Shown piece by piece: positions 16,462-26,800 of a stretch of DNA of 64,000 nt. The notes under the pieces are model-generated. The model did no database searches, was not told the DNA's origin, and was given only the letters and a program-made list of their open reading frames with translations. The first letter of the stretch is position 1. Each line of letters starts with the position of its first letter. Source of the DNA: Gemmatimonadota bacterium (GTDB taxonomy: Bacteria; Gemmatimonadota; Gemmatimonadetes; Longimicrobiales; Gaopeijiaceae); contig JBBDRS010000038.1 in NCBI GenBank assembly GCA_040905325.1, forward strand, positions 68,801 to 132,800, read 5' to 3'. Made by a program: the position numbers and the translations under genes.

Positions 16462-17379
16462 TCAGTGTGCCCGGTCCACGGTGTAGCGGGCCAGCGCTTC
16501 CAGGGCCTGGCTCGAGATCCCCGCTGCCCCGAGCGCCGCGAGCGCCTTCTGCACCAGATCGTCGGCAACGGCACGCGCGGGTTCGACCCCCAGGAGGGAT
16601 ACGTAGGTGGATTTCGCAAGGTCGGCGTCGGAGGGCTCTTTTCCCAGCGCCCCGGCGTCGGAGGTCGCGTCGAGGATGTCGTCCGTCACCTGGAAGGCGA
16701 GGCCGATGGCGTGCCCGTACTCGACCAGGGCACCAAGGGTCGCCGGAGAGGCCTCGGCTGCGAGGGCTCCGATCCGGAGTGAGGCGGTGAGGAGCGCGCC
16801 CGTCTTCATCGCGTGGAGGCGGTCGAGTTCCTCCAGCTCGAGCTCCACACCCTCGCCCAGGAGGTCCAGGACCTGGCCTCCCACCATCCCCTCCCCTCCC
16901 GATGCGGCTGCCAGCGCCCGGACCACCTGTCGGCCCACACTCTCGTCCAGCCCCATCCGGGCGCACGCGCGCCAGGCATGGAAGTGCGCGGCGGGGATGA
17001 GGGTGGCGCCCCCGAGCATGGTCGCTTCCTCCCCATGGAGGGTGTGGGGGGTCGGACGGCCCCGTCTCAGGGGGGCATCGTCCATACAGGGGAGGTCGTC
17101 GTGCATGAGGGAGTAGGCGTGGATGAGCTCCAGGGAGGCGGCGAGACGCATGGCGCCCGACGGATCCCTCCCACCTGAGGCCACATAGGCGCTGACACAG
17201 AGGACGGGGCGCAGCCGTTTCCCACCGGTGGTCACACCGTGGCGTACCGCTTCCCGGGTGGCCCCCGGGAATTCAGGGAGGAGCTCGTCGAGAGCCTCTG
17301 CGAGGGCCTCCTCCACCCTCCTGCGCTCTCTCTCCAGAAACGCGTCGAGGGCGAAGGATACCCCGCCTGGAGCGGTCAT
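16462..17379 (-). CDS. ispA: polyprenyl (farnesyl/geranylgeranyl) diphosphate synthase
   Basis: First Asp-rich motif LMHDDLPCMDD and second FQVTDDILD. ATG 17379 overlaps the xseB stop (ATGA). The upstream R/G-rich extension in the ORF track was rejected. Confidence 0.85.
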   Translation of the reverse strand: MTAPGGVSFALDAFLERERRRVEEALAEALDELLPEFPGATREAVRHGVTTGGKRLRPVLCVSAYVASGGRDPSGAMRLAASLELIHAYSLMHDDLPCMDDAPLRRGRPTPHTLHGEEATMLGGATLIPAAHFHAWRACARMGLDESVGRQVVRALAAASGGEGMVGGQVLDLLGEGVELELEELDRLHAMKTGALLTASLRIGALAAEASPATLGALVEYGHAIGLAFQVTDDILDATSDAGALGKEPSDADLAKSTYVSLLGVEPARAVADDLVQKALAALGAAGISSQALEALARYTVDRAH

Positions 17380-17666
17380 CCACCGTCCTCCCCGAAGGGC
17401 TGGGCTCCGAGGGCATCTCCCTCCCCCAGGAGCTCCTCGACTCGGAGCTCGGCCTCCGCGAGGATGCCTTCCGCTCGCCGGATGTGGCGGACTCCCTCCT
17501 CGAAGAGCTCGAGCCCGACCTCCAGCTCCACGTCGCCTCCCTCGAGCCCCGCGACGATCTCGTCCAGGCGGTTGAGGCGCTCCTCGAGGGTCATTCCCGC
17601 GTCCGCATTTTCCCCCACCGCCTCCTCCCGGGGGGCGCTGCCTTCCCCAGCTTCTTCTTGCGTCAT
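17376..17666 (-). CDS. xseB: exodeoxyribonuclease VII small subunit
   Basis: LEERLNRLDEIVAGLEGGDVELEVGLELFEEGVRHIRRAEGIL helical-hairpin pattern, plus conserved xseB-ispA-dxs synteny. Confidence 0.8.
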   Translation of the reverse strand: MTQEEAGEGSAPREEAVGENADAGMTLEERLNRLDEIVAGLEGGDVELEVGLELFEEGVRHIRRAEGILAEAELRVEELLGEGDALGAQPFGEDGG

Positions 17667-19057
17667 CCGACGACCTCCTCCCGTTCGATACGCTTCGTCG
17701 TACAGTCAATCCGTCCGTCCGCGACACGGAGGGTGAAGTCCTCTCCCTTCGAAAACGCCCTCACACTGCGCAGCACGTGTCCCTGACCGTCGAGGGGCAC
17801 CGCGTAGCCGCGACGGAGCGTCGAGAGCGGAGACAGCGCCTCCACTCTACCCGCGGCCAGTCCCAGCCTTCTGCGTCGGTCCCCGACGAGGGTGCGCGCC
17901 GCTGAGGCGAGGCGTTCCCCTCCCCGCTCGGCCCTGAGCCGTCGCGGAGCAAGGAAGGCCCGACCTGCCGGTCCGAGCCGGTCGCGAGTGCGCGCCAGAC
18001 GTGACCGCCGGGGGTCCAGGAGTCGCCGCACGCCGCCACCCAACCGGGACTTCCGGCGTTCCAGTTGCACCCTCCTCCGTTCGGCAAGGGTCCGAAGCCC
18101 CCGAGCAAGGCGCGGCCGGATCCGCTGGAGAAGTCCCAGGAGAGCCGTTCCATCCTGTACCGCCGCCTCGGCCCCCGCAGAGGGCGTGGGCGCCCGCAGG
18201 TCCGCCACCAGGTCGCTGACGGTCACATCGGTTTCGTGGCCGACCGCCGAGATCACCGGAACCGGGCAGTCGGCGATGGCCCGAGCTACCGGCTCCTCGT
18301 TGAAGGCCCAGAGGTCCTCAATGGATCCGCCACCCCGCGCGACGATCACCACGTCGACCAGGCCCGATCCACCGAGGACCCCGATGGCGTGGGCTACTTC
18401 GGCGGCCGCTCCCTCTCCCTGCACACGGGCGCCGCGGAGGAGCACTCTCGTCCAGGGTGCCCGTCGCCGCAGGACGGAGAGGATGTCCCGCAGCGCGGCC
18501 CCGGTGGGCGAGGTCACGACGCCGACGGTTCGGGGGAACCTGGGGACGGGGCGTCGTCGCGCAGGATCCAGGAGTCCTTCCGACTCGAGTGTTCGCCGGA
18601 GTCGCTCGAAGGCGATCTTCCAGAGCCCTTCCCCTCCCTCGTCCAGCACCTCGCGAACCTGGATCTGGAGCTCGCCCCGGGCCTCGTAAAGGGTCACGCG
18701 ACCGTGCACGCGGAGCGACATCCCCTCCTCGGGCTCCAGCGGGAGGCGCACTGCATCCCGACGCCACATCACGCAGCGGAGTTGCGAGCTCTCGTCCTTG
18801 ATTGTGAAGTAACAGTGGCCGGATCGGGCACGGGTCCAGTTCGCGATCTCTCCGGAGACCCTCACCTCGTGGAAAGCCCCCTCCAGGAGGGTGCGAAGGG
18901 CGAGGTTCAGCTCCGAGACACTCCAGACGGGGGGCTCGGGAGCAGGATCCGACTGTGGGCCCTGCCCCGGCCCCGGAGCCTCGCCTTCGAGTCCCGCCGC
19001 GGGCTCGGCCTCCACCCCGGCGAAGAGATCCAGCGGATCTTCCGGGGACCCGCTCAC
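17663..19057 (-). CDS. xseA: exodeoxyribonuclease VII large subunit
   Basis: OB-fold VRVSGEIANWTRARSGHCYFTIKDESSQLRCVMW, catalytic region IISAVGHETDVTVSDLVADLRAPTPSAGAE, and a long helical C-terminus. GTG start overlaps the folD stop. Confidence 0.9.
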   Translation of the reverse strand: MSGSPEDPLDLFAGVEAEPAAGLEGEAPGPGQGPQSDPAPEPPVWSVSELNLALRTLLEGAFHEVRVSGEIANWTRARSGHCYFTIKDESSQLRCVMWRRDAVRLPLEPEEGMSLRVHGRVTLYEARGELQIQVREVLDEGGEGLWKIAFERLRRTLESEGLLDPARRRPVPRFPRTVGVVTSPTGAALRDILSVLRRRAPWTRVLLRGARVQGEGAAAEVAHAIGVLGGSGLVDVVIVARGGGSIEDLWAFNEEPVARAIADCPVPVISAVGHETDVTVSDLVADLRAPTPSAGAEAAVQDGTALLGLLQRIRPRLARGLRTLAERRRVQLERRKSRLGGGVRRLLDPRRSRLARTRDRLGPAGRAFLAPRRLRAERGGERLASAARTLVGDRRRRLGLAAGRVEALSPLSTLRRGYAVPLDGQGHVLRSVRAFSKGEDFTLRVADGRIDCTTKRIEREEVVG

Positions 19058-19962
19058 CGTTCCCCGGTGGTCGATTCGCCGGCGGCCTGAAGGACGTTGC
19101 GGAGGAGCATGGCGATCGTCATGGGGCCCACCCCTCCGGGCACCGGCGTGATGGCGGCGGCGACCTCTGATACCTCTTCGAACGCCACGTCGCCCGTGAG
19201 TCGGTAGCCCCGCTCCCGGGAAGAGTCGTCCACGCGGTTGACCCCCACGTCGATCACCACGGCACCGGGCCGCACCATATCAGCGGTCACCATCTCCGGC
19301 ACGCCCACCGCGGCGATGAGGATCTCACCCATGCGGGTGACGGAGGGGAGATCAGCAGTGCGTGAGTGCGCCACGGTGACGGTGGCGTTTCCGCCCAGGC
19401 CTCGCCCCAGGAGGAGGGCCGCCATGGGTTTTCCGACGATGTTGGATCGCCCGACGACCACCACGTGTCTCCCTGCCGGGTCGTGTCCGGTGCGTAGCAG
19501 AAGCTCGATGATGCCCCTGGGTGTGCAGGGCGCGAGGACGTCCGGGTCCCCTGCCTGAAGCCTTCCGACGTTCACGGGATGGAACCCGTCCACGTCCTTG
19601 GCGGGGTGGATCGCCTCCAGCACGAGGCCTTCCCGGATGTGCTTCGGAAGGGGGAGCTGCACCAGGATGCCGTGGATCTCCGGGTCCGCGTTGAGGCCTT
19701 CGACGCATCCGAGGAGCTCATCCTCACTCACGTCGGCGGACAGGTCGATCTGCCGCGAGCGGATCCCGACCTCGGCCGCGGCCCGGTTCTTCATCCCCAC
19801 GTAGGCGCGACTCGCCGGGTCCTCGCCCACGAGCACCGTAGCCAGTCCGGGCACCGTTCGCTCCTCCGCCACCAGGGCCTCGACCTCACCTTGGATCTCC
19901 GCTCGGATCGTTGCAGCCACCTCGGTACCGGAGATGATATCCGCTCCCATGTCCGACCTCAT
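19054..19962 (-). CDS. folD: bifunctional methylene-THF dehydrogenase / methenyl-THF cyclohydrolase
   Basis: YVGMKNRAAAEVGI, VVVVGRSNIVGKPMAALL and PVPGGVGPMTIAMLL signatures. The start may be ATG 19950. Confidence 0.9.
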   Translation of the reverse strand: MRSDMGADIISGTEVAATIRAEIQGEVEALVAEERTVPGLATVLVGEDPASRAYVGMKNRAAAEVGIRSRQIDLSADVSEDELLGCVEGLNADPEIHGILVQLPLPKHIREGLVLEAIHPAKDVDGFHPVNVGRLQAGDPDVLAPCTPRGIIELLLRTGHDPAGRHVVVVGRSNIVGKPMAALLLGRGLGGNATVTVAHSRTADLPSVTRMGEILIAAVGVPEMVTADMVRPGAVVIDVGVNRVDDSSRERGYRLTGDVAFEEVSEVAAAITPVPGGVGPMTIAMLLRNVLQAAGESTTGER

Positions 19963-20040
19963 TCCCCCTGAACGATTGGAAAGGCTTCCCGCTGGTTCTG
20001 ACGGGGATGGTTCACCCCGGGCACCATCCGACGTTCCCCC

Positions 20041-21621
20041 TCAACGAGCGAAATCGACGGTGCGTTTCTCGCGGATGACCACCACCTTGATCTGCCCGGG
20101 GTACTGCAGCTCCTCCTCGAAGCGTCGTGCCACCTGCTCCGAAATCCGCGACATCTCGTCGTCGGATACCTCCTCCGGCTCCACCATCACTCGCACCTCC
20201 CGCCCTGCCTGAACGGCGAAGCAGCGTTCCACTCCGGGGAACTCCATCGCGATCCCTTCCAGGCGTTCGAGGCGCTTCACATACGTCTCGAACATCTCCC
20301 GGCGAGCGCCCGGACGAGCCCCGGAGATGGCGTCGGCCGCAGTGACCAGGAAGGCCTCCGGGTACCGATGAGGTTCCTCGTCGTGGTGGGCACGGATGGA
20401 GTTCAGGACGAGGTCGGTCTCCTCGTAGCGCGTGCAGAGGGCGTGACCCAGCTCCACATGGGTTCCCTCGTGCTCGTGGGTCATCCCCTTGCCGATGTCG
20501 TGGAGGAGGCCTGCACGTTTCGCCCCCTGGGCGTCCAGTCCCATTTCCTGCGCCATCATTCCGGCGAGACGCGCCACCTCCACCGAGTGCCGAAGCTGGT
20601 TCTGGCCGTAGGAGGAACGGAACTTGAGGCGCCCGAGAACCTTCACGATCTCGGGGTGCAGGTTGTGGAGGCCAAGGTCGTAGAGGGCCTGCTCGGCCGC
20701 TTCCCGCATCCCCTCGCCCACCTCCTCCGTGCTCTTCTCCACCATCTCCTCGATGCGCCCCGGGTGGATGCGGCCATCCTCGATGAGCTTTTCCATGGCG
20801 ATCCGGGCCACCTCTCGGCGCACCGGGTCGAACCCGGAGAGAACCACTGCTTCGGGGGTGTCGTCGATGATGACATCGATCCCGGTAGCTTGCTCGAAGG
20901 CGCGGATATTTCGACCTTCCCGCCCGATGATACGCCCCTTCATGTCGTCCGAAGGGAGTTGAACCACTGACACGGTGGACTGCATCGATTCGTCGGCGGC
21001 CATGCGCTGGATGGCCAAGGCGATGACCTGTTTTGCCTCCCTGGTGGCATCGCGCTCCGCCGCCTCACGGATCTCCCGGAGGTGCTGGGCCGCCTCGGCA
21101 CGCGCCTCCTCCTCCAATTCCGAGACGAGACGGGCCCGCGCCTCCTCCGCGGTCATTCCCGCGAGAGCTTCCAGGCGCCGCTGGGCCTCGGCGAGGGTGA
21201 CCTGGGCCTCTTGCGAGCGGGCCTCTGCGGCGAGTTCGTCCTCCCGTAGCTTCACCGCCCGCGCTTCCTGGGCGGTGTCCCGCTCGTTCAGGAGGTCGAA
21301 CTTCCGATCGAGGGAGTCGGAACGTTCCGAAAGCCGGCGCTCCAGCTTCTCGATCTCCTCGCGCCGGCGGGCTTCCTCCTGTTCCCATTCGTCCCGCAGC
21401 TGGAAGGCGGCCTCTCGCCCCTCGAGTCGCGCGGCTTGTTTGAGGTTCTCCGCCTCCTCGCGGGCGCGGGTGAGTATGCGGCTCGCCTCATCCTCGGCCC
21501 GAGCGCGCTCCGCATCCTGACGGGCACGCTCGCGACCTCGTCCCAGCGCGATGCCTAGCCCCAGTGCGATGAGCGCAAGGAAGCCGGCCGCCACCAGGAC
21601 AATGGCCTGGGGGGATTCCAT
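20041..21621 (-). CDS. rny: ribonuclease Y
   Basis: N-terminal TM helix, charged coiled coil, KH domain ([19 protein letters not shown]) and HD domain ([13 protein letters not shown]...LLHDIGK). Confidence 0.9.
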   Translation of the reverse strand: MESPQAIVLVAAGFLALIALGLGIALGRGRERARQDAERARAEDEASRILTRAREEAENLKQAARLEGREAAFQLRDEWEQEEARRREEIEKLERRLSERSDSLDRKFDLLNERDTAQEARAVKLREDELAAEARSQEAQVTLAEAQRRLEALAGMTAEEARARLVSELEEEARAEAAQHLREIREAAERDATREAKQVIALAIQRMAADESMQSTVSVVQLPSDDMKGRIIGREGRNIRAFEQATGIDVIIDDTPEAVVLSGFDPVRREVARIAMEKLIEDGRIHPGRIEEMVEKSTEEVGEGMREAAEQALYDLGLHNLHPEIVKVLGRLKFRSSYGQNQLRHSVEVARLAGMMAQEMGLDAQGAKRAGLLHDIGKGMTHEHEGTHVELGHALCTRYEETDLVLNSIRAHHDEEPHRYPEAFLVTAADAISGARPGARREMFETYVKRLERLEGIAMEFPGVERCFAVQAGREVRVMVEPEEVSDDEMSRISEQVARRFEEELQYPGQIKVVVIREKRTVDFAR

Positions 21622-21777
21622 ATATCTAGACTCCGGACAGCGGGGAGCGACGTCCCCGCATGAAGGACATGGTGCGACGCCCCGACGTGCCGCCCGAGCG
21701 GGCGGGGGGAGCCTCGATCATTCCGGGGTAGAATAGGAATCGCGGCGGCAGGGCCGCAAGTCGAGGCGACCGGGTGG

Positions 21778-22080
21778 TCAGGGCCCCCGGTCGAGCTCCT
21801 CTTCGATGCGAATGGCGAGATTACGCGAACGGGAGGCCAGTTCCCGGCGCAGACGTTCCAGCTCGTCGCGATCGCGGAAGTACTCGTCGGTAATGGAGAG
21901 GGCGGCCAGAATGACCGCCCGGTGCCCTTCTACCAGGCCGGAGCGATCCCGGATCTGCCGGATCCGTCGGTCGAGGAAGGCTGCGCAATCCCGGGTATAG
22001 TCCGAATCAGCGGCGGAGCGGAGAGTGTGTTCCTCCCCGGCGATCCGCACGGTGACGGTGTTCTTCCTCTCCTCGCTCAT
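21778..22080 (-). CDS. zapA: cell division protein ZapA
   Basis: 100-aa product: VTVRIAGEEHTLRSAADSDYTRDCAAFLDRRIRQI...ILAALSITDEY plus a coiled-coil tail. ATG at 22080. Confidence 0.75.
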   Translation of the reverse strand: MSEERKNTVTVRIAGEEHTLRSAADSDYTRDCAAFLDRRIRQIRDRSGLVEGHRAVILAALSITDEYFRDRDELERLRRELASRSRNLAIRIEEELDRGP

Positions 22081-22391
22081 TGCGACTCCTCCAGGAACTG
22101 GATGCGTGCCAGGAGTCGCTCCACCGACTCCCGACCTCCGTCCAGGCGCTCCCTGAGTTCGGCGTTCTCCCGCTGGAGCGTCTCGAGCCGAGACCGCCAC
22201 TCCGCGGGATCCTCGTCACCGGTGGTGAAGCGCCTCAGGAGCGCCTCCACGTCACGAATCCGCGCCTCCGCCCTGGACGCCCTCGCCACGAGCTGCTTTC
22301 GCTCGGCCAGGAGCTTCCCCACCGCGCGCTCCAGCCGGGCGAAATCCTCCCGCTCGTCGACGACCCCGTTACGATCCCCGGATTCCGACAC
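22077..22391 (-). CDS. coiled-coil protein (ZapB-like / DUF904-like), upstream of zapA
   Basis: Heptad-rich sequence (LERAVGKLLAERKQLVARASRAEARIRDVEALL...LQRENAELRERL). GTG start overlaps the pheT 3' end by 23 nt; the stop overlaps the zapA start. Confidence 0.45.
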   Translation of the reverse strand: MSESGDRNGVVDEREDFARLERAVGKLLAERKQLVARASRAEARIRDVEALLRRFTTGDEDPAEWRSRLETLQRENAELRERLDGGRESVERLLARIQFLEESQ

Positions 22392-24843
22392 CCATTTCCT
22401 CCTCCAGCTTGCGGACGAGATGTGCCACGGCCCGGTCCACCTCCTCGTCCTTCAGGGTCCGGTCCGCAGCACGGTAACGAACCCGAATCGCCACGGAAAT
22501 CTTTCCATCGGGGATCCCCTTCCCTTCGTAGAGATCGAACACCTCGACGCCCTCGAGCTGAGCGCCAGCCTCCGACTCGATCAGGGCCAGCACATTCCCG
22601 ACGGGGCAATTCCTGTCGACCAGGAGGGCGAGGTCCCGTTCCACGGACGGGTGCGCCGGCATCGGGGAGAACACCGTCTCCGCTGCCGGAAGGCCCGTCG
22701 CGGGAAGCTCCACCTCCAGTACCCAGACCGGGCTCGCCCATGGCGGGAGCTCCACCTCATCGTCCTCCGCTGGCCCCGCACGCCCTCGGACGAGCCCTTC
22801 CCGGTCCACCACGAGGTAGCCTCCGTCCCTCGATTCCGCCAGGCGGGGCGTCGTCGGCGACGCCGGCTCCGGCGCACCTTCGTCTGGTAGGTTCAACACG
22901 GGACGAACCTCCCAGGCCGCGCCCCCGGCGGTCGCCGCGACCACCTCCGCGCACCCTCGCAGATCCCAGAGGTCGAGGGCGGCCCCGTCGTCTCCCCAGT
23001 GCCGCGGCGAACGGAGGCCGTGGAGGACGAGTGCCAGGTGCGTCCCCTCCCGAGGGAGCTCACCTTTGGGCCCTTCCCGGAATACCGTTCCGATCTCGAA
23101 GAGGCGGACGTCCCGGTTGCCGCGGGCGAGGTTGTATTCAAGGCGGCGCAGGAGTCCGGGCACGAGGGAGGTACGGAGGAATCGCTCCTCGGTGGAGACA
23201 GGGTTGGCGATTTCCACCTCGCCCTCGCCCTTGGGCGCGAAGGCCAGGGTGTGCGCCTCGAAAAGGCCCCGGGCGACGAGCTCCGTGCGAAGGCGGTCTT
23301 CCAGGTCGAAGAGGGGATCCTCCGGAACCGTGCCGGGGCGGAAGGCTCCCAGCGTCTCCGGGAACTCGTCGTACCCGTGTCGGCGGGCGATCTCCTCCAC
23401 CAGATCCACCTCACGCGTCACGTCCCAGGACCGGAAGCCCGGGATCTCCACCCTAATCGAGCCGTTTTCCTCCTCTCCGGTCCGGAATCCCAGTGGGACG
23501 AGAATCTCCCGAATCCGGGCAGGCTCGAATGGCACCCCGAGAATCTGCTCGATGCGGGCGGGCCGCAGCTCCACCTCCGTCCGCGCGAAGGGCTGCGGGC
23601 GCACCTCGAGCAGGGGCCCCCGGATGTGCCCTCCCCCAGTGGCCAGGATCAGCTCGGCGGCACGGAGGATCGCCTCCTGGAGGCCCTCCGGATCCACTCC
23701 ACGCTCGAAGCGGTAGGAGGCGTCGGTGGAGAGCCCGAGGGCCTTTCTGGTCGCCCGGATGGGGCCGGGCTTGAAGAGGGCGCATTCGAGGAGGATCTCG
23801 GTGGTATCCGCCCGGACCTCGGAGTCTTCGCCTCCGATCACCCCAGCCACCGCGATGGGTCGCTCCCCGTCGCAGATGGCGAGCATCTCTTCGTTCAACT
23901 TCCGGTCCTCGCCGTCCAGCGTCCGGATCGGTTCCCCAGGCGCTGCGCGACGCACCACGACGGTCCGGTCCACGACCCGCTCGAGGTCAAAGGCGTGAAG
24001 CGGGTGCCCCATCTCGAGAAGCACGTAATTCGTGGCGTCCACGACATTGTTGATGGGGCGGGCGCCGGCGGCCCTCAGGCGGGTCTGGAGCCAGTGTGGG
24101 GACGGCCCGACGGACACCCCGGACACCACCAGGCCGAGGTAGGCGGGGCACCGGTCGGGAGCCTCGATCCGGATGGTGACGCCTCCCTCGTCGGGTGGGG
24201 ATGACACCTCGAACCCACTGGTAACCATGGGCACGGCCGCGAGGGTGTCCGTGCCGGGGCTTCCGGGAACCGGCGGGAGGAGGAGTCCGTCCTCCCCGTC
24301 GGGCGCCACTTCCCGCGCGATACCCCGGTGGGAGAGGAGATCCGGACGGTTCGAGGTGATCTCTACATCCATCCGGACGTCGTTCAGGCCAAGGGCATCG
24401 ACAAGTGGCGCCCCCGCGGTGAAGTCCCCCGTCAACTCCATGAGGCCCGATTCGTCGCGTCCGAGCCCCAGTTCGCGTTCCGAGCAGAGCATCCCGTGCG
24501 AGAGTTGGCCCCGGAGCTTCGCCTTCCCGATCCGCATCCCGCCGGGGAGGGTGGCGCCCACCGGTGCGAGCGGGTACCAACCCCCGGGCTGGACGTTGGG
24601 TGCTCCGCACACCACCTGCACCCCTCCTGCTCCGTCGTCCACCTCGCACACCACCAGGCGGTCCGCGTCCGGGTGTGGGTGCACGGCGCGAACGCGGGCC
24701 ACGACCATGTCCCCCAGCGCCTCCGACAGTTGCACTGAGCCCTCCACCGGATAGCCGAGTCCGGCCAGGCGCTCGGCGACTTCCTCCGGGGTGTCCCGGA
24801 GATCGGGAGCGAGGGCGCGGAGCCAGCGATAGGACACGTTCAT
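22369..24843 (-). CDS. pheT: phenylalanine--tRNA ligase beta subunit
   Basis: MNVSYRWLRALAPDL N-terminus, tRNA-binding domain, B3/4 and B5 domains, and a C-terminal FDX-ACB-like end (SVAIRVRYRAADRTL). ATG 24843 overlaps the pheS stop. Confidence 0.9.
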   Translation of the reverse strand: MNVSYRWLRALAPDLRDTPEEVAERLAGLGYPVEGSVQLSEALGDMVVARVRAVHPHPDADRLVVCEVDDGAGGVQVVCGAPNVQPGGWYPLAPVGATLPGGMRIGKAKLRGQLSHGMLCSERELGLGRDESGLMELTGDFTAGAPLVDALGLNDVRMDVEITSNRPDLLSHRGIAREVAPDGEDGLLLPPVPGSPGTDTLAAVPMVTSGFEVSSPPDEGGVTIRIEAPDRCPAYLGLVVSGVSVGPSPHWLQTRLRAAGARPINNVVDATNYVLLEMGHPLHAFDLERVVDRTVVVRRAAPGEPIRTLDGEDRKLNEEMLAICDGERPIAVAGVIGGEDSEVRADTTEILLECALFKPGPIRATRKALGLSTDASYRFERGVDPEGLQEAILRAAELILATGGGHIRGPLLEVRPQPFARTEVELRPARIEQILGVPFEPARIREILVPLGFRTGEEENGSIRVEIPGFRSWDVTREVDLVEEIARRHGYDEFPETLGAFRPGTVPEDPLFDLEDRLRTELVARGLFEAHTLAFAPKGEGEVEIANPVSTEERFLRTSLVPGLLRRLEYNLARGNRDVRLFEIGTVFREGPKGELPREGTHLALVLHGLRSPRHWGDDGAALDLWDLRGCAEVVAATAGGAAWEVRPVLNLPDEGAPEPASPTTPRLAESRDGGYLVVDREGLVRGRAGPAEDDEVELPPWASPVWVLEVELPATGLPAAETVFSPMPAHPSVERDLALLVDRNCPVGNVLALIESEAGAQLEGVEVFDLYEGKGIPDGKISVAIRVRYRAADRTLKDEEVDRAVAHLVRKLEEEMGVGIRGS

Positions 24844-25877
24844 GGGCGGGAGAACTGCTGCAGGAAGCGGATGTCGTTGTTCAGGTAATGTCGGAGGTCC
24901 GGGATGCCGTATTTGAGGAGCCCGATCCGGCCTGGCCCCATCCCGAAGGCGAAGCCGGTGTAGCGCTCTGGATCGATTCCCGCCGCGTCCAGAACGGCCG
25001 GATCGACCATTCCCGCGCCCATGATCTCGAGCCAGTCGCTCTCCTCTTCCCGACCGTCGGGCCCGCGGATCACACGCTTCACATCCACCTCGGCGGAGGG
25101 TTCGGTAAAGGGGAAGAAGGAGGGTCGGAAGCGGACCCGGGCGGAGGGCCCCCAATAGCGGCGCGCGAACTCGGCAAGGGTCGCCTTGAGGTCCACGAAG
25201 GTGATGCCCTCGTCCACCGCCAAACCTTCAAGTTGCGCGAACCCCGGGGTGTGGGTGGCATCGTAGGAGTCGCGCCGGTACACCATGCCCGGTGCCAGGA
25301 CCCGGATCGGGGGGCGATGCTGTTGCATCACCCGGACCTGCACCGGGGAGGTGTGGCTTCTCAGGAGGTGTCCGCCCTTGAGGTAGAGCGTGTCCTGCTC
25401 GTCGGCGGCCGGGTGGTCGAGGGGCGTGTTCAGGGCCTCGAAGTTGTACCACTCGGTCTCCGCCTCGGGGCCGCGGGCCCGGACAAAGCCCAGGCCCCGG
25501 AAGATTTGGACGATCTCGTCCACGACCCGTGTGACGGGGTGAGCGCCGCCCTGCCAGGGGTGTCGGGCCGGGAGCGTCGCGTCCACCGCGGGGGCGTCAC
25601 CGGCCCCCTCCCCCTCCTCGAGGGCGGCGCTCCGTTCATCGAGTGCTCCCTGAAGCCGCTGTTTGACGCGGTTGGCCTCTGCCCCGACCCGGGGCCGGTC
25701 CTCCGGATCCAGCTCACCCAGCCGGCGCAGCATCCCGGAGATCCGGCCTTCCTTCCTTCCCAGAAAGGCGATCTTGACCGCCTGGATGTCGGCTTCGCGG
25801 GTGGCGGAATCGACTGCGGAGAGAGCCTCGCGCTCGAGCTCCCGCAACTCGTCGACGAGAGAAGGGTTCGGGCTCAT
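24840..25877 (-). CDS. pheS: phenylalanine--tRNA ligase alpha subunit
   Basis: Class II motifs: ...LRSHTSPVQVR..., FRPSFFPFTEPSAEVDV and GAGMVDPAVL. ATG at 25877 (MSPNPSLVDELRELE). Confidence 0.9.
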   Translation of the reverse strand: MSPNPSLVDELRELEREALSAVDSATREADIQAVKIAFLGRKEGRISGMLRRLGELDPEDRPRVGAEANRVKQRLQGALDERSAALEEGEGAGDAPAVDATLPARHPWQGGAHPVTRVVDEIVQIFRGLGFVRARGPEAETEWYNFEALNTPLDHPAADEQDTLYLKGGHLLRSHTSPVQVRVMQQHRPPIRVLAPGMVYRRDSYDATHTPGFAQLEGLAVDEGITFVDLKATLAEFARRYWGPSARVRFRPSFFPFTEPSAEVDVKRVIRGPDGREEESDWLEIMGAGMVDPAVLDAAGIDPERYTGFAFGMGPGRIGLLKYGIPDLRHYLNNDIRFLQQFSRP

Positions 25878-26100
25878 GTAGAGTGGCAGTGTGGGAGTGG
25901 GGATGGGGGGGTGTTTCAGCGCCTGCCTCGGCCTTCCACGCAGGCGGAAGGCTGCGGGGGCGGCGATCCAGTCACCGCTCCCGCAGCTTGCCAACCTGAA
26001 TGGGGGTGGGAAGGGAGAGCAGCGCGCCGAGTAATCTCTGGCGCCCACGTCTCCGCCTCCCGGTCCGACACTCCGGGAATCCGGCCCCGGAGGGAGATGC

Positions 26101-26463
26101 TCAGACCTTCTGGAGCGCGTCCCGTGCCTGGGCAGCGAGCGCCCCGAAAGCGTCCGGGTCGCGTACGGCGATGTCCGCCAGCGCCTTCCTGTCCAGCTCC
26201 ACCCCGCACTCCTTCAGGCCGTTGATGAAGCGGGAGTAAGAGAGGTCGTGTTGCCTGGCGGCGGCATTGATGCGCGTGATCCAGAGCCTGCGGAAGTTCC
26301 GCTTCTTCTTGCGCCGGTCGCGGTAGGCGTGCTCCCACCCCTTCTCGACGGCGTCCTTGGCGGTACGGTAGAGCTTCTTCCTTCCTCCGAAGTAGCCCTT
26401 CGCTTCCTTCAGGATCTTCTTCTTGCGTTCCCGGCGAGCCGGGGATCCGGTAGTGCGTGGCAT
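26101..26463 (-). CDS. rplT: 50S ribosomal protein L20
   Basis: [39 protein letters not shown]...[11 protein letters not shown] is an unmistakable L20 sequence. Confidence 0.95.
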   Translation of the reverse strand: MPRTTGSPARRERKKKILKEAKGYFGGRKKLYRTAKDAVEKGWEHAYRDRRKKKRNFRRLWITRINAAARQHDLSYSRFINGLKECGVELDRKALADIAVRDPDAFGALAAQARDALQKV

Positions 26464-26478
26464 ATCTGGAACTCCTCT

Positions 26479-26676
26479 CTACGAACCGGGAAGGAGGCGG
26501 TTCATCCGCCTCTCGTCGGCCTTGTCCACCAGGGTGGCCTGGCGCAGACGCCGCTTCCGCTTCGTAGACTTCTTGGTCAGGATGTGGCTCTTGTTGGCGC
26601 GGTGCCGGCGCAGCTTGCCGCTGGCGGTGCGCTTCAGGCGCTTTGCAGCAGCCCGGTTCGTCTTCATCTTCGGCAT
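26479..26676 (-). CDS. rpmI: 50S ribosomal protein L35
   Basis: [47 protein letters not shown] at 26676. Confidence 0.9.
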   Translation of the reverse strand: MPKMKTNRAAAKRLKRTASGKLRRHRANKSHILTKKSTKRKRRLRQATLVDKADERRMNRLLPGS

Positions 26677-26800
26677 CTCTCGCTCCCTGCAGTCCGGCAC
26701 GCCTCGCTCAACTCATACCAGAGCCTTGCGCGGGGCACCGAGTTCCATGAACACGGGTGGGGAGGCGATCCCCGTCCCGCAATTTGCCTTGTCGAGGTGC

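Noticed and set aside
16338-17727. Long N-terminal extensions offered by the ORF track for dxs, ispA, and likewise recN, pheT, pheS, thrS, zapA, TolC, TetR and metH.
   Set aside because: The extensions are Arg/Gly/Pro-rich and lack homology-like sequence. Conserved N-termini begin at internal ATG/GTG codons, which often form ATGA/GTGA overlaps with the upstream gene.
21622-21777. A 6S RNA (ssrS), which in several lineages lies just downstream of zapA.
   Set aside because: The gap is only 156 nt. By eye it lacks the long imperfect duplex with a central bubble. It looks more like the rny promoter/5' UTR (TTGCGG-18-TATTCT on the minus strand).
25878-26100. A pheST attenuator with a Phe-rich leader peptide (as in E. 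coli pheM) in the rplT-pheS spacer.
   Set aside because: There is no small ORF with Phe codon runs and no hairpin followed by a U-tract. Only a GCCUUCC/GGAAGGC hairpin without a tail was seen.
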